Positions 27,375 to 36,846 of a stretch of 57,064 nucleotides of DNA are shown here, piece after piece. The stretch's first letter is position 1; each line of letters begins with the position of its first letter. A program made the position numbers and the translations under genes. Under the pieces are notes generated by a model. It did no database searches and was not told the DNA's origin. It saw nothing but the letters and a program-made list of their open reading frames with translations. Source of the DNA: a virus (taxonomy: Duplodnaviria; Caudoviricetes); IMG/VR virus record IMGVR_UViG_3300044981_000083, positions 1 through 57,064 of that record. One strand, given 5' to 3'.

Positions 27375-27658
27375 GCGCCAACCCCCAAGGCACGCGCCTG
27401 ATGGTCGAATCGATGGCCGAAGATATTGACCGCGAGAAGCAGACGCACAAAGCTGCGGGATACGGCGAGAGCAAAGTCGGAAGCAACGAGCGTTGCGACA
27501 ACTGCTACTGGTTTTCGATGAAACTCGGCAAAACATGCTGTGGACTCGTTCAGGACCCGATTCATCCGACCGGATGGTGCAAATACTGGTCGCCGAAGGC
27601 GGGGATCGAGATGACGGCGAAGACGATGCGGGGTCGACCGGCTGGCGCCCGCCGTTAA
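27371..27658 (+). CDS. HiPIP-like (high-potential Fe-S) domain protein
   Basis: AGY...ERCDNCYWF...CGLVQDPIHPTGWCKYW. Confidence 0.7.
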   Translation: MSANPQGTRLMVESMAEDIDREKQTHKAAGYGESKVGSNERCDNCYWFSMKLGKTCCGLVQDPIHPTGWCKYWSPKAGIEMTAKTMRGRPAGARR

Positions 27659-27707
27659 GCAAAACCCGCCGGACCTCCCGGCAATTCCCGAAACCTGGAG
27701 AAATATC

Positions 27708-29129
27708 ATGCGGATTTCAAAGACGCGCGGCGCTTTGATCGGACTTGCCGTTTTGGGCATCGGCTCCGGTCTTGCCTATGCGGCGGGCATGTGGAGCACC
27801 TTGCCGATCGTCGGCAATCCGTCCTTCTGCGCCTCGAATGTCTCCGGCGTTGGTCTTCCGGCCTCCCAGGGTCCGTTCGGCATCGTTCCCGGCTCTACGC
27901 AGGGCAACAGTTCGGGCATCTGCGGGCAGACTGTACCGGCCGGACCTCCCACGCTTACGGGCAATGAACTCATTCCCGCGGATACCGGCGGTCAAAGCGT
28001 CGGCCCGACCGGCGCCGCACCGGCGACCGTTACCATCCCGTCGCCGTTGCTTTTCAACCGGGTGAATTGGCTGGTCGGCTCCGATTATGGTCAGAGCCTC
28101 TGGCAGCGCGGCACCACTCCGGTCAATGCCGGGACTCCGGCGGGGAATGCCCTTTACACCGCCGATGGCTGGTATGTTTACACGACCGGCACGCAACAGG
28201 TCACGGTGTCGAAACAGACCGGATCGACCGATCAGCCGCCGGCTTCGCTCGCGTCAATGCGTGTACAGCGCCCGTCCACACAAGCCGGCGTGGCACCGAT
28301 TTGCGTCGGACAGCTTATCCCGGATGATTCCTCGCAGAGCTTCATCGGCCGCACGGCGGTCTTCTCGATCGACGCGATAGCGGGGGCACTCTTCTCGCCG
28401 AACCAAGACGCGGTGTCGATGATCATCGCGTATCATTCCGCTGCTGATGCGACCGCGGCGGCCAACGGGCAGGGCACCAATACCGCGACTTTCGCGTCGT
28501 CGGCCGGGGCGACGCAAAATATCACGAATTACACCGAGGCGGTGAATACGCTGGTTCCGCTCGGAACCGCATGGAATACGCGCTATTCCGTCGCTGCCGT
28601 GATCCCCGCTTTGATTCCAGGCACTTCGACGGCGACGACGGGTGTTGGCGTCAAGATTTGCTTCACCCCGGTAGGTACAGCAGGCGCAACCGACTGGTTT
28701 GAATTCGGCAAGGCACAGTTGGAGTCTCGTGCCGGCGGTGCGGTTGGTCCGTCTCCCTACGTGCCCAATCTTTTGTCGGCCGAATGGGCCTACGAACAAG
28801 CACGGTATTTCCAGGTCAATGAAGGCGTCGGGGGAACTCCGATCGTCGGTTACGGAATGGTCAATGGGACCAACAATGAACTGATCGGAATCAACTTTCC
28901 GGTGACGATGCGAATAACTCCCGTGACCTCGCCGATCACGGCAGGCGGCTTCCGCCTCGATATCGCCGGAACGTTGACAGCGACGGGAACCATTGGCGCC
29001 CCGGCAAACGGCAACACCAAGCAGATCGGCGAGTTGAATACGACCGCCGTTGCGACCTCCGGCCAGGCGACTTGGCTGACCGGCGGCCAGCTCGGGACAG
29101 GCGTGCTTGGCTTCAGCGCCGAGCCGTGA
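27708..29129 (+). CDS. Putative virion structural or tail protein with signal peptide
   Basis: MRISKTRGALIGLAVLGIGSGLAYA-AG; LWQRGT, YTADGW, AQLE, ARYFQ, FPVTMRITP tail-fibre-like motifs. Confidence 0.7.
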   Translation: MRISKTRGALIGLAVLGIGSGLAYAAGMWSTLPIVGNPSFCASNVSGVGLPASQGPFGIVPGSTQGNSSGICGQTVPAGPPTLTGNELIPADTGGQSVGPTGAAPATVTIPSPLLFNRVNWLVGSDYGQSLWQRGTTPVNAGTPAGNALYTADGWYVYTTGTQQVTVSKQTGSTDQPPASLASMRVQRPSTQAGVAPICVGQLIPDDSSQSFIGRTAVFSIDAIAGALFSPNQDAVSMIIAYHSAADATAAANGQGTNTATFASSAGATQNITNYTEAVNTLVPLGTAWNTRYSVAAVIPALIPGTSTATTGVGVKICFTPVGTAGATDWFEFGKAQLESRAGGAVGPSPYVPNLLSAEWAYEQARYFQVNEGVGGTPIVGYGMVNGTNNELIGINFPVTMRITPVTSPITAGGFRLDIAGTLTATGTIGAPANGNTKQIGELNTTAVATSGQATWLTGGQLGTGVLGFSAEP

Positions 29130-29141
29130 AGCAATGCCGGC

Positions 29142-30515
29142 GTGGCTCTCGATCGAAAGCCTTGCCGTCATGGCTCTCGCTTTATTGGGTATAAGCCTTC
29201 TGATCTGGCGCCGCCCGCGTTACCTGCCGCCAAGACGGCGTGGCAGGAAAAAGCGGCGCCCTTTCTAGGCTTCCTGGTCATGGTTGCCTTCTGGCCAGGA
29301 ATGCTGGGCGCCGGGCTGACGCCGCGCTGGGCGGTGTTGTGGGTAGGGTTGCCGATCTTGGCGGTGCCGCCGCGCATGACGGCGATTGGATGGGTCGGAG
29401 CTTCGTTTCTGGCGTTTGCTGTTCTATCTCTCGCGTGGTCGCCGTTTCCGTTTGATGGTGTTTATGAGTTAGCGGTCTTCGGTGCGGGAGCGCTCGCATT
29501 CTGTCTCGGGTCCAACCTTGAACGGCTCGGTCATGTGTTTTATGGTGCGGCGCTGGGGCTCCTCCCGTCATCCACCATTGCGGTGATCCAATGGTTTCAT
29601 GGTCCGATAGCGGATATCCTGCAACTGACGCCGCATCCGAGCGGGCTGTTCGTCAACGCGAACATGATGGCGGAAGCGAGTGCGTTAGTAGTGTGTGGAC
29701 TGATCGCGACGCATCGGCATTTCACGCTTTGTCGTTACGCGGCAGTGTTTGCAAGCTTGCCAGTTCTCCCGCCGATGCGGCATTCGCAGATAGCGGACCA
29801 TGCCGCCGAACGGCAAAAATCCGCATTCCGTGTCCTTGCGGCGAAACCGATTTTTACGGCAAGCTCATCGGTTATCAGTGCGGTCGCTGTCGCGGCATCT
29901 TTACCCGCACTTATATTCCCGATGCAGCGCGCGTCGATGATCGCTTTGGCGATTGTGGGTATGATCTCCATCGCTTTGATCGCGATCAAAAGACACGCAT
30001 GGAAATGGCACGGCGCTTCAGTCGGTCCCATGATTACGCTGTGCGCGACAGGGCTTTGCACGATTCTCTTTATCGCGCTTTCAAAACCGACGGGATCGTT
30101 GTCTGAACGCTTTGATATCTGGCGCGCTACGCTTTCCGGCCTGACTCCCTTCGGCCACGGCTCCGGTTCGTTCGAGGGCCTGTTTCCGATCTACAGTAAT
30201 GACCTTCTGAATGGCCTCTATCTGCGTCCGCTCTACGCCCACAATGACCTCCTACATCTGGCATTCGAATATGGGATGTTTTCGCTTATTCCCGCCGCGA
30301 TGGCGGCCCTGCTATTGGCTCGCTCGGTATCGCCGCTGCGCTGTGTTCTTGCGGTGTTCGTGATTGTGGGGTTATTCGGGTTTCCGCTTTTCATGCCGGC
30401 GACGTTGTTCTTGGCAAGCATTGTTGCGGGGCATCTTAGTCGCGAGTGGCCTGAGCTTCGCTGGGCTGAACTGTATCGCGGAATATTACGCTACCGAAGG
30501 CTGGGCCACGCTTGA
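29142..30515 (+). CDS. O-antigen ligase / O-oligosaccharyltransferase (Wzy_C) family membrane protein
   Basis: Many TM helices; GLFVNAN, ERFDIW, FGHGSGSF, AHNDLLHLAFEYG. Confidence 0.85.
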   Translation: MALDRKPCRHGSRFIGYKPSDLAPPALPAAKTAWQEKAAPFLGFLVMVAFWPGMLGAGLTPRWAVLWVGLPILAVPPRMTAIGWVGASFLAFAVLSLAWSPFPFDGVYELAVFGAGALAFCLGSNLERLGHVFYGAALGLLPSSTIAVIQWFHGPIADILQLTPHPSGLFVNANMMAEASALVVCGLIATHRHFTLCRYAAVFASLPVLPPMRHSQIADHAAERQKSAFRVLAAKPIFTASSSVISAVAVAASLPALIFPMQRASMIALAIVGMISIALIAIKRHAWKWHGASVGPMITLCATGLCTILFIALSKPTGSLSERFDIWRATLSGLTPFGHGSGSFEGLFPIYSNDLLNGLYLRPLYAHNDLLHLAFEYGMFSLIPAAMAALLLARSVSPLRCVLAVFVIVGLFGFPLFMPATLFLASIVAGHLSREWPELRWAELYRGILRYRRLGHA

Positions 30516-30804
30516 CCTCGATAAGACGGATGTTGCGAGAAAGTTGTTTCCATTCCGGTCTAACTACAGGGTGGCATCCGCGCATTTATCGTTGAACGGT
30601 CCAAGTGACGCGGCGACCCTGCAAATTCTCGAACGCGCAATTGCGACCGATCCGAACGACATGACCATCCGCGAGGCGATCCTGATCCATCATCTTCGGC
30701 GCGGCGACCGCAAGGAAGCGGAAGCTGCGTTGCTCGACCTCAAGCGCATCGCCCCCTATTCGCCCGTCGCGCGGTCACTCTTACAGGTGCGGCCCGATCC
30801 ATGA
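30424..30804 (+). CDS. TPR-like protein with hydrophobic N-terminus overlapping the ligase gene
   Basis: LERAIATDPND...GDRKEAEAALLDLKRIAP; start codon uncertain. Confidence 0.6.
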   Translation: MRGILVASGLSFAGLNCIAEYYATEGWATLDLDKTDVARKLFPFRSNYRVASAHLSLNGPSDAATLQILERAIATDPNDMTIREAILIHHLRRGDRKEAEAALLDLKRIAPYSPVARSLLQVRPDP

Positions 30805-31256
30805 AGATCAGCAAAAACAGTGCGCGTGGGCTTGTCGTGGCCATGGTATTGGGTATTGCCGCGATGGCGCCCGGCATCTATGGCGCATTCGTTTCGCGTC
30901 TATTTGCCCAGGGCAACCAGTCTGGCGCGTCCGTCGAGGGCATCCCCGTCAATCGCTCGACCGTCAACGGTTCAATCACGATCACCACGGGGAATACCTT
31001 TCAGACAGTATTGGCATCGAATCTCACAACGCAATTCGGCCAAACCGTCACGCCGCGCTACGCGCTCACGATCGAAAATAACAATGCGAGCGACAGTTGC
31101 TGGCTTTATCTTGGGAACGGAATCGCGACGAAAGCGATTTCGATCCTCTTGCTTCCCGGCGGGTCATATACGCGATACTGGCCATTTGTACCTTCCGATC
31201 AAATCCAGGCGACCTGCTCCACGACCTCGGACACGCTGTATGTCGATACGCAATAA
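30801..31256 (+). CDS. Small beta-rich putative structural protein with signal or anchor sequence
   Basis: Basic plus hydrophobic N-terminus; LTIENN...LLPGGSY. Confidence 0.65.
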   Translation: MKISKNSARGLVVAMVLGIAAMAPGIYGAFVSRLFAQGNQSGASVEGIPVNRSTVNGSITITTGNTFQTVLASNLTTQFGQTVTPRYALTIENNNASDSCWLYLGNGIATKAISILLLPGGSYTRYWPFVPSDQIQATCSTTSDTLYVDTQ

Positions 31257-32505
31257 GATATTCGAAGTCGTCGCGGCGCTTCTCGTTTCTGCTTTTCCTG
31301 CGCTTGCCGATGGGATCAGCAATCCTGGAGGCAGTGGCGCGGGCTTGACTCTCACGGTTAATTCAACCGCCGTTTCCGGCGCCACGGCTGGGCAGGCGCT
31401 CTACTCGGATGGCACGAAGCTACAAGCCAGTGGGATTCTCATAGGCAGTGGTGGCAATATCTATGGCGGCTCTGCGGTCGGCTCGACCGTCACCGTCAAC
31501 GGCACTTCGAACGGTTCGCCCTCGGCGGCCTACGTGTTCATCGACACGATCGGCAACAAGGTCTCAATCGGCCAAGCGGTAAACCCGGACGCAAGCCTCA
31601 CGATCTATGGAGGCACCCAGGGCGCACAGACAGTGGCGCCGCCCAATACAGCGCACTTGCACATCGTCGGTCCGGACGGCACCTTCACCGTGATGCTGGT
31701 GGATGATTTCAGTTCCGGCGCTGCTAACGGCAATAATCTCCAGTTTCGCAGGGCGGATGGCACCCTAGCCAGCAAGACCGCGCTGCAAGCCAACGACGTG
31801 ATCGCCAACATCGGCGCTTTAGGTTTCGACGGCACTGCCTATAGCGGTGGACAGGCGAGTATCAGGTTCATCGCGCAGGACAACTGGGTGAACGGTTCGG
31901 ACCACGCTACTTTCATCGACTTCAGGACCACGCCCGCCGGGTCCGTTACGTTGGGTGTGGCCGCGAAGTTATTTGGCTCCGGTGGCTTTTCGATCGGGCC
32001 GACGCCGGTCGATCCCGGCGCGGGCGGCATCTACGCGGCCGGTCAAATCGCCGCGCCCAATATCACCGCAACATCGGCCGGTGTTACTGGCACTGTATGC
32101 TGGACGACCGGCACCGGCGCGTTCACGATCGATACCACCACGACATGCCTCCTTTCGTTGGAAGAGCTAAAAGACAAGCGCGGGCCGATTATAGGCGCCC
32201 TCGATATTGTCAAGCGCCTCGATCCGTTCTGGTTCTCGTGGCGAGAGGGAACCACACAACGCGCTGGCGATACGCAGGTACAGCCCGGTTTCGGTGCGCA
32301 TCAAGTTGCGAGCGTCGATCCGCGGCTCGCTGCCTACGACAAGGACGGCAATCTACGCGGCGTGCGCTACCAGGAAATGACCGCCGTGCTCGCTGCGGCA
32401 CTCAAGGAAGCTGAATTCCGGATTGCTGAACTCGAAAGGAAGGCTATATGGTCCGAGTCGCCGCCGCTTACCTGCTGTATGCCCTCTTTTGCGCCGTTGC
32501 ATTAG
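31240..32505 (+). CDS. Tail fibre/spike with C-terminal Peptidase_S74 intramolecular chaperone and N-terminal signal peptide
   Basis: MSIRNKIFEVVAALLVSAFPALA-DG; G/T/S-rich body; SLEELK...ALD.V..L...GFGAHQV...VRYQEMTAVL..ALKE. Confidence 0.85.
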   Translation: MSIRNKIFEVVAALLVSAFPALADGISNPGGSGAGLTLTVNSTAVSGATAGQALYSDGTKLQASGILIGSGGNIYGGSAVGSTVTVNGTSNGSPSAAYVFIDTIGNKVSIGQAVNPDASLTIYGGTQGAQTVAPPNTAHLHIVGPDGTFTVMLVDDFSSGAANGNNLQFRRADGTLASKTALQANDVIANIGALGFDGTAYSGGQASIRFIAQDNWVNGSDHATFIDFRTTPAGSVTLGVAAKLFGSGGFSIGPTPVDPGAGGIYAAGQIAAPNITATSAGVTGTVCWTTGTGAFTIDTTTTCLLSLEELKDKRGPIIGALDIVKRLDPFWFSWREGTTQRAGDTQVQPGFGAHQVASVDPRLAAYDKDGNLRGVRYQEMTAVLAAALKEAEFRIAELERKAIWSESPPLTCCMPSFAPLH

Positions 32506-32693
32506 CCGAAGACAAAAACATCCTCGCCGTTATCGAGCCGGCCGATGCGCAGGCGTTAAGCCAAATCATCGACGACCAGTTGCCGCCGCGCTATGGGCGC
32601 ATCGTAGTCGAATGGTTCAATCGTTTGGTCATGCGCCAACAGCAGCGCGATAAGGAATCACTCAAACCTCCTATCGAATCACCCCCGAACTGA
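32448..32693 (+). CDS. Small protein with signal peptide (possible fibre chaperone)
   Basis: MVRVAAAYLLYALFCAVALA-ED; directly follows the fibre gene. Confidence 0.6.
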   Translation: MVRVAAAYLLYALFCAVALAEDKNILAVIEPADAQALSQIIDDQLPPRYGRIVVEWFNRLVMRQQQRDKESLKPPIESPPN

Positions 32694-32707
32694 AAGGAAA
32701 CCTCCCA

Positions 32708-32875
32708 ATGCCCAACGATATCGGCGACGTGAAAGGCATCACCGGCACCTCCATGAACCTCAATACGCAGCCGGGTTATGGCGCGGAGAAGCCGTCCGCA
32801 ACCGCCGGCACGGCGAATCCCGGCAATACCAAGCCATCGAAGCCGGCGGAAAAGCCGGTCCCAATGCCGAAGTAA
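32708..32875 (+). CDS. Small low-complexity protein (not in the ORF track)
   Basis: SD AAGGA; MPNDIGDVKG...PMPK. Confidence 0.55.
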   Translation: MPNDIGDVKGITGTSMNLNTQPGYGAEKPSATAGTANPGNTKPSKPAEKPVPMPK

Positions 32876-32879
32876 TCTC

Positions 32880-34565
32880 ATGCTGCAATCGATCGCCAAC
32901 GCCTATTCCTTTGTGTCCGGCCTCAATGCGGCCGGCATGGCGGCGTTGGACAAGCTCCTCGCTCCCGAGCTCAAGGCACCCTGGCTTCCCGACCCGCGCA
33001 ACGAACCGCAGTTGCAGGCCTACTACTCGGAAGCGGGTCTAATGCTCTACGGCGGGGCGGCCGGCGGGGGCAAGACCGACCTCCTGATCGGGCTTGCCCT
33101 CACCGCTCACCAGAACGCGGTGATTTTCCGAAAACAGAGCACCGACCTTCGGGGCATCGAGGAACGCCTGACCCAGCTTGCCGGCCGCGATGGCTGGAAC
33201 GGCACGCTCAAGACCTTGCGCCGCGATCAGAGGTTGATCGAGCTCGGACACCTCGAAAAGCCGGGTTCGGAGGAAAGCTGGCGCGGTCGGCCCCACGATT
33301 TTATCGGCTTCGACGAGGGCGGCCAACTTTCGAAACACAAGGTCCGCTTTGTTCTGGGCTGGCTGCGCTCGGTCGATCCGAAACAAAGGCGCCGCGCCAT
33401 CATCGCCAGCAACCCTCCGACCGGCGGCGAAGGCGAATGGCTTATCGAATGGTTCGCGCCCTGGCTCGATCCGAAATACGATAAGCCCGCTCTACAGGGT
33501 GAATTGCGCTGGGCGGTGACGGCGCCCGACAAGGACGGCACCACGATCTGGCTTCCTGACGGCTCCCCCATCGTCTTCACTGGGCAGCGCGAGTGGCGCT
33601 ATGCCAGCGAAGCCGAAATCGCTCAGGGCGATTCCAACAATGATGTGGTGCAACCGCAGACGCGCACCTTCATCCAATCGTTGTTGCGAAATAACCCTTA
33701 TCTGGCGAATACCGGCTACCGGGCGCAGATTCAGTTGCTCCCGGAGCCCTTGCGGACCCAGCTTCTCAATGGCGATTTTATTGTTGGGCGGGAAGACCAC
33801 GAATGGCAAGTGATTCCGACGGCCTGGGTAAGGATGGCGCAGGAGCGCTGGAAGCCGAATCCCCCAGTTGGAGCCATGATGACGGCCATCGGTGTCGATG
33901 TGGCTCAAGGGGGTGGCGATCGTACCGTGTTGGCCCCGAGGTTTGGGCCATGGTTTGCGCCGCTTGTCGAGCGGCCTGGAATCTTGACGCCGACCGGTTC
34001 GCATGTTGCGGCCCTTGTGGTTGAGCACCGAAGGGACCGGGCCATCATCGTCATCGACATGGGCGGCGGCTATGGCGGGGCGGTGAAAATGCGATTGAAC
34101 GACAATGGGATTGGCGTTGGCGAGACTATCGAGCACCTGCGGCCCTTCAATGGGGCGAATGCGTCGGACGAACGCTCGAAAGACCGCCAGTTGGGCTTTG
34201 CCAATAAGCGCGCGGAGGCAATGTGGCGATTTCGCGAAGCCCTTGATCCCGATCAGAACGGAGGCTCCCCGATCGCATTACCGCCTGATCCGCAGATTCT
34301 CGGGGATTTGACCGCTCCACGGTGGAAATTGACTCCCCGCGGAATCCAGATCGAGGACAAGGACGAGTTGAAAAAGCCCGAACGGTTGGGACGTTCTCCC
34401 GACAAGGGAGATGCTATCATCCAAGCGTGGTCGGAAGGTGAAAAGGGGTTGGTGCTTGCGGCGAGAAAAGCCGCAAGGATCGGCGACAATAAATCCATGC
34501 CTAAATTTCCACGTTCCGATGATCTTCCGAGCGAGCGCGGCACCGGATGGCTGGGACGGAGTTAG
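32880..34565 (+). CDS. terL: Terminase large subunit
   Basis: YGGAAGGGKT, FIGFDE, ASNP, IGVDVA.GG.D, SPDKGDA. Confidence 0.95.
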   Translation: MLQSIANAYSFVSGLNAAGMAALDKLLAPELKAPWLPDPRNEPQLQAYYSEAGLMLYGGAAGGGKTDLLIGLALTAHQNAVIFRKQSTDLRGIEERLTQLAGRDGWNGTLKTLRRDQRLIELGHLEKPGSEESWRGRPHDFIGFDEGGQLSKHKVRFVLGWLRSVDPKQRRRAIIASNPPTGGEGEWLIEWFAPWLDPKYDKPALQGELRWAVTAPDKDGTTIWLPDGSPIVFTGQREWRYASEAEIAQGDSNNDVVQPQTRTFIQSLLRNNPYLANTGYRAQIQLLPEPLRTQLLNGDFIVGREDHEWQVIPTAWVRMAQERWKPNPPVGAMMTAIGVDVAQGGGDRTVLAPRFGPWFAPLVERPGILTPTGSHVAALVVEHRRDRAIIVIDMGGGYGGAVKMRLNDNGIGVGETIEHLRPFNGANASDERSKDRQLGFANKRAEAMWRFREALDPDQNGGSPIALPPDPQILGDLTAPRWKLTPRGIQIEDKDELKKPERLGRSPDKGDAIIQAWSEGEKGLVLAARKAARIGDNKSMPKFPRSDDLPSERGTGWLGRS

Positions 34566-36743
34566 ATGGATTACGGCTCGACATCGTCCGATCCGCCTCT
34601 CCCCGGCAACGAAGGGATTGTGCAGGAAGCCCTTGAGCGCTGGAAGGCCTGCAAGGAATTCCAGGGCACCCAGGACGAAAGAACGCGCGAGGATATCAAG
34701 TTCGCCAATGCTGATTCCAGGAACGCTTGGCAGTGGCCGACGAAGATTTATGCGCAGCGCACCGGGGGCGAATCCGAACTGCCGACGCTCACCATAAATA
34801 AGACGAGGGTGCATAACGACCTCATTATCAATGAAATCTCGAAGAATACCTTTTCCCCGAAGGTGCGGCCCACGGCGGGCAAGGCCTCCTATCAATCCGC
34901 GAAAGTGATGGAAAGCCTATTCCGCAGGACGTTCGATATTTCTCGGTTTGGAACGCATAAAAGGAAAGTCTGCGAGCAGCAGGTCGATGGGGGAATTGGG
35001 TACATACTGCTTGAAACTGCATTCATTTCCGAACGGTCGATGGACCAGGATATTTTTTTGAGGGCTTCGACCGATCCCACGGGGGTTTATATCGATCGCT
35101 ATATTCGCCAGCCTGACGGGTCGGACGCAAAATTCGGTTTTGTCTTCGACAATATGCCGCGAAAGGAGTTCAACCGCCGCTACCCGGAATGGAAGGACAA
35201 GGTTGGTGCCGCTCCGCTCGATAGTGCATTTGCAGACTGGCTTTCCGACAAGGAAATCATGCTTTGCAAGTATTGGCGCAAAGAGGAAAAGAAGGACACG
35301 TTAGTCTGGTTCAAACGCGCCGAAACCGGTGATCCGGAACTGAAACTCGCATCCGAGATCAAAAGCGAAAGCGGCCGAGAGATTTTCGACGCCTTGATGG
35401 CGGATATCAAGGAAGGCCGCATCGACGGCAAAACCCGATCGGTGACTAACGACAAAGTGCGGTGGTATCTGATCGCGGGTGACAAGATTGTCGATGAGGG
35501 AGACTGGGCCGGAAAATATATTCCGATCTGCCGTTGCGTCGGTCGTGAACTCGTCATCGATAAGACGCTTGACCGAAAGGGCCATACGCGACCGTTGATC
35601 GACGCCAACCGGATGCTGAATTACTCGAATTCGGTGGCCGTACAATACGTCGCGTCGTCGATGAAATCGCAATGGCTGGCGCCGGCAAGGGCGACGGAGG
35701 GACAAGAACAATGGAAGACGCAAAACGTCGATAATTACGCCGTGATGCTTTATAATGACGTGGATGACGAGGCGCCGGAAAATCTTCAGACTATTGCGCC
35801 TCCGCAGCGCATCGACCCGCCTTCTCCGTCTCTCGGCTGGCTCAAAGTCGCCGAAGACGCCGAAAAGCACATGATGATGATCTCGGGCCAATACCAAGCG
35901 CAGCTCGGGGAAAACGACCAGCAGTCCGCGATTTCTGGCAAAGCCATCAACGAGCGCAAGGAACAGGGCGATACCGCGACCTACCATTTTCCCGAGCACA
36001 TGAGCGACATGCTACGCTTTATTGGCGTGCAGTTGCTCGACCTTTATCCGAAAATTTATGACACCAAGCGTGCCCTTCACGTCATCGGCGAAGACGGCGA
36101 GAAATTCTGGCTCCAAGTCGATCCCAACATGGACGACGTGGTGCAGGAGGTAGCCGAGCAGCGAAACGACGAAGAGGCGATCAAGCTCGCCTTCAATCCG
36201 AAGCTCGGGGAATACGAATGCGTTTCCGACCCGGGACCCGATTATGCTACCCAGCGTCAGGAAGCCTGGAACGCCTTGTCGCAAATCCTCGCTGCAAATA
36301 AAGAACTAGGCGCCGTGTGCGCCGACCTCCTGTTCAAGTACGGGGATTTCGAGGGCGCGGAGGAATTGCGCGAACGGCTGTTGAAGGAAATCAAGGCCAC
36401 CAAGCCCTACCTTTTCAACGACCAGATCGAACCGCAGATGGTGCAGTTGCAGGAGCAGAACAAGCGTTTGATCGCTATCAATTCCGACCTCATGATGAAG
36501 GCTGCGGAATCCAATCTGAAGCTTAGGGGCAGGGATGAACGCCGCGATATCGACGCCTTCAACGCCGACACCAAGCGTCTCGAAATGCAAGTCAACGCGC
36601 TGTCGAAGCTTCTCCTCACCCCGCAGCAGCGGGCGCAGATGGAGCATGAATTGAACGTCGGCGTTCACGAGCATGTGTTCGATATGATCCGCGAGGCCAA
36701 TGCAACGCGGGTACTGGCCGGATTTGACGCGAACCCGGCCTGA
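34566..36743 (+). CDS. Portal protein (P22-like)
   Basis: 725 aa after TerL; QW, PTLTINK, SGKAINERK, GPDYATQRQEA. Confidence 0.9.
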   Translation: MDYGSTSSDPPLPGNEGIVQEALERWKACKEFQGTQDERTREDIKFANADSRNAWQWPTKIYAQRTGGESELPTLTINKTRVHNDLIINEISKNTFSPKVRPTAGKASYQSAKVMESLFRRTFDISRFGTHKRKVCEQQVDGGIGYILLETAFISERSMDQDIFLRASTDPTGVYIDRYIRQPDGSDAKFGFVFDNMPRKEFNRRYPEWKDKVGAAPLDSAFADWLSDKEIMLCKYWRKEEKKDTLVWFKRAETGDPELKLASEIKSESGREIFDALMADIKEGRIDGKTRSVTNDKVRWYLIAGDKIVDEGDWAGKYIPICRCVGRELVIDKTLDRKGHTRPLIDANRMLNYSNSVAVQYVASSMKSQWLAPARATEGQEQWKTQNVDNYAVMLYNDVDDEAPENLQTIAPPQRIDPPSPSLGWLKVAEDAEKHMMMISGQYQAQLGENDQQSAISGKAINERKEQGDTATYHFPEHMSDMLRFIGVQLLDLYPKIYDTKRALHVIGEDGEKFWLQVDPNMDDVVQEVAEQRNDEEAIKLAFNPKLGEYECVSDPGPDYATQRQEAWNALSQILAANKELGAVCADLLFKYGDFEGAEELRERLLKEIKATKPYLFNDQIEPQMVQLQEQNKRLIAINSDLMMKAAESNLKLRGRDERRDIDAFNADTKRLEMQVNALSKLLLTPQQRAQMEHELNVGVHEHVFDMIREANATRVLAGFDANPA

Positions 36744-36846
36744 TCCGGCGCCATTTCTGTCGGCGCGCGCGGCGCGACTGCAAGAGCCGCATCGATAAGT
36801 TCGCCGATCGACTACGAAACCGCAAAAAATAAAGCAGAGCGTAAAA

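Noticed and set aside
30820-31239. Upstream extension of the fibre ORF that would bury its signal peptide
   Set aside because: It overlaps gene 30801-31256 almost entirely and has Arg/Ser-rich off-frame composition; ATG 31240 is preferred. The same logic applies to starts 43383, 54838 and 56373
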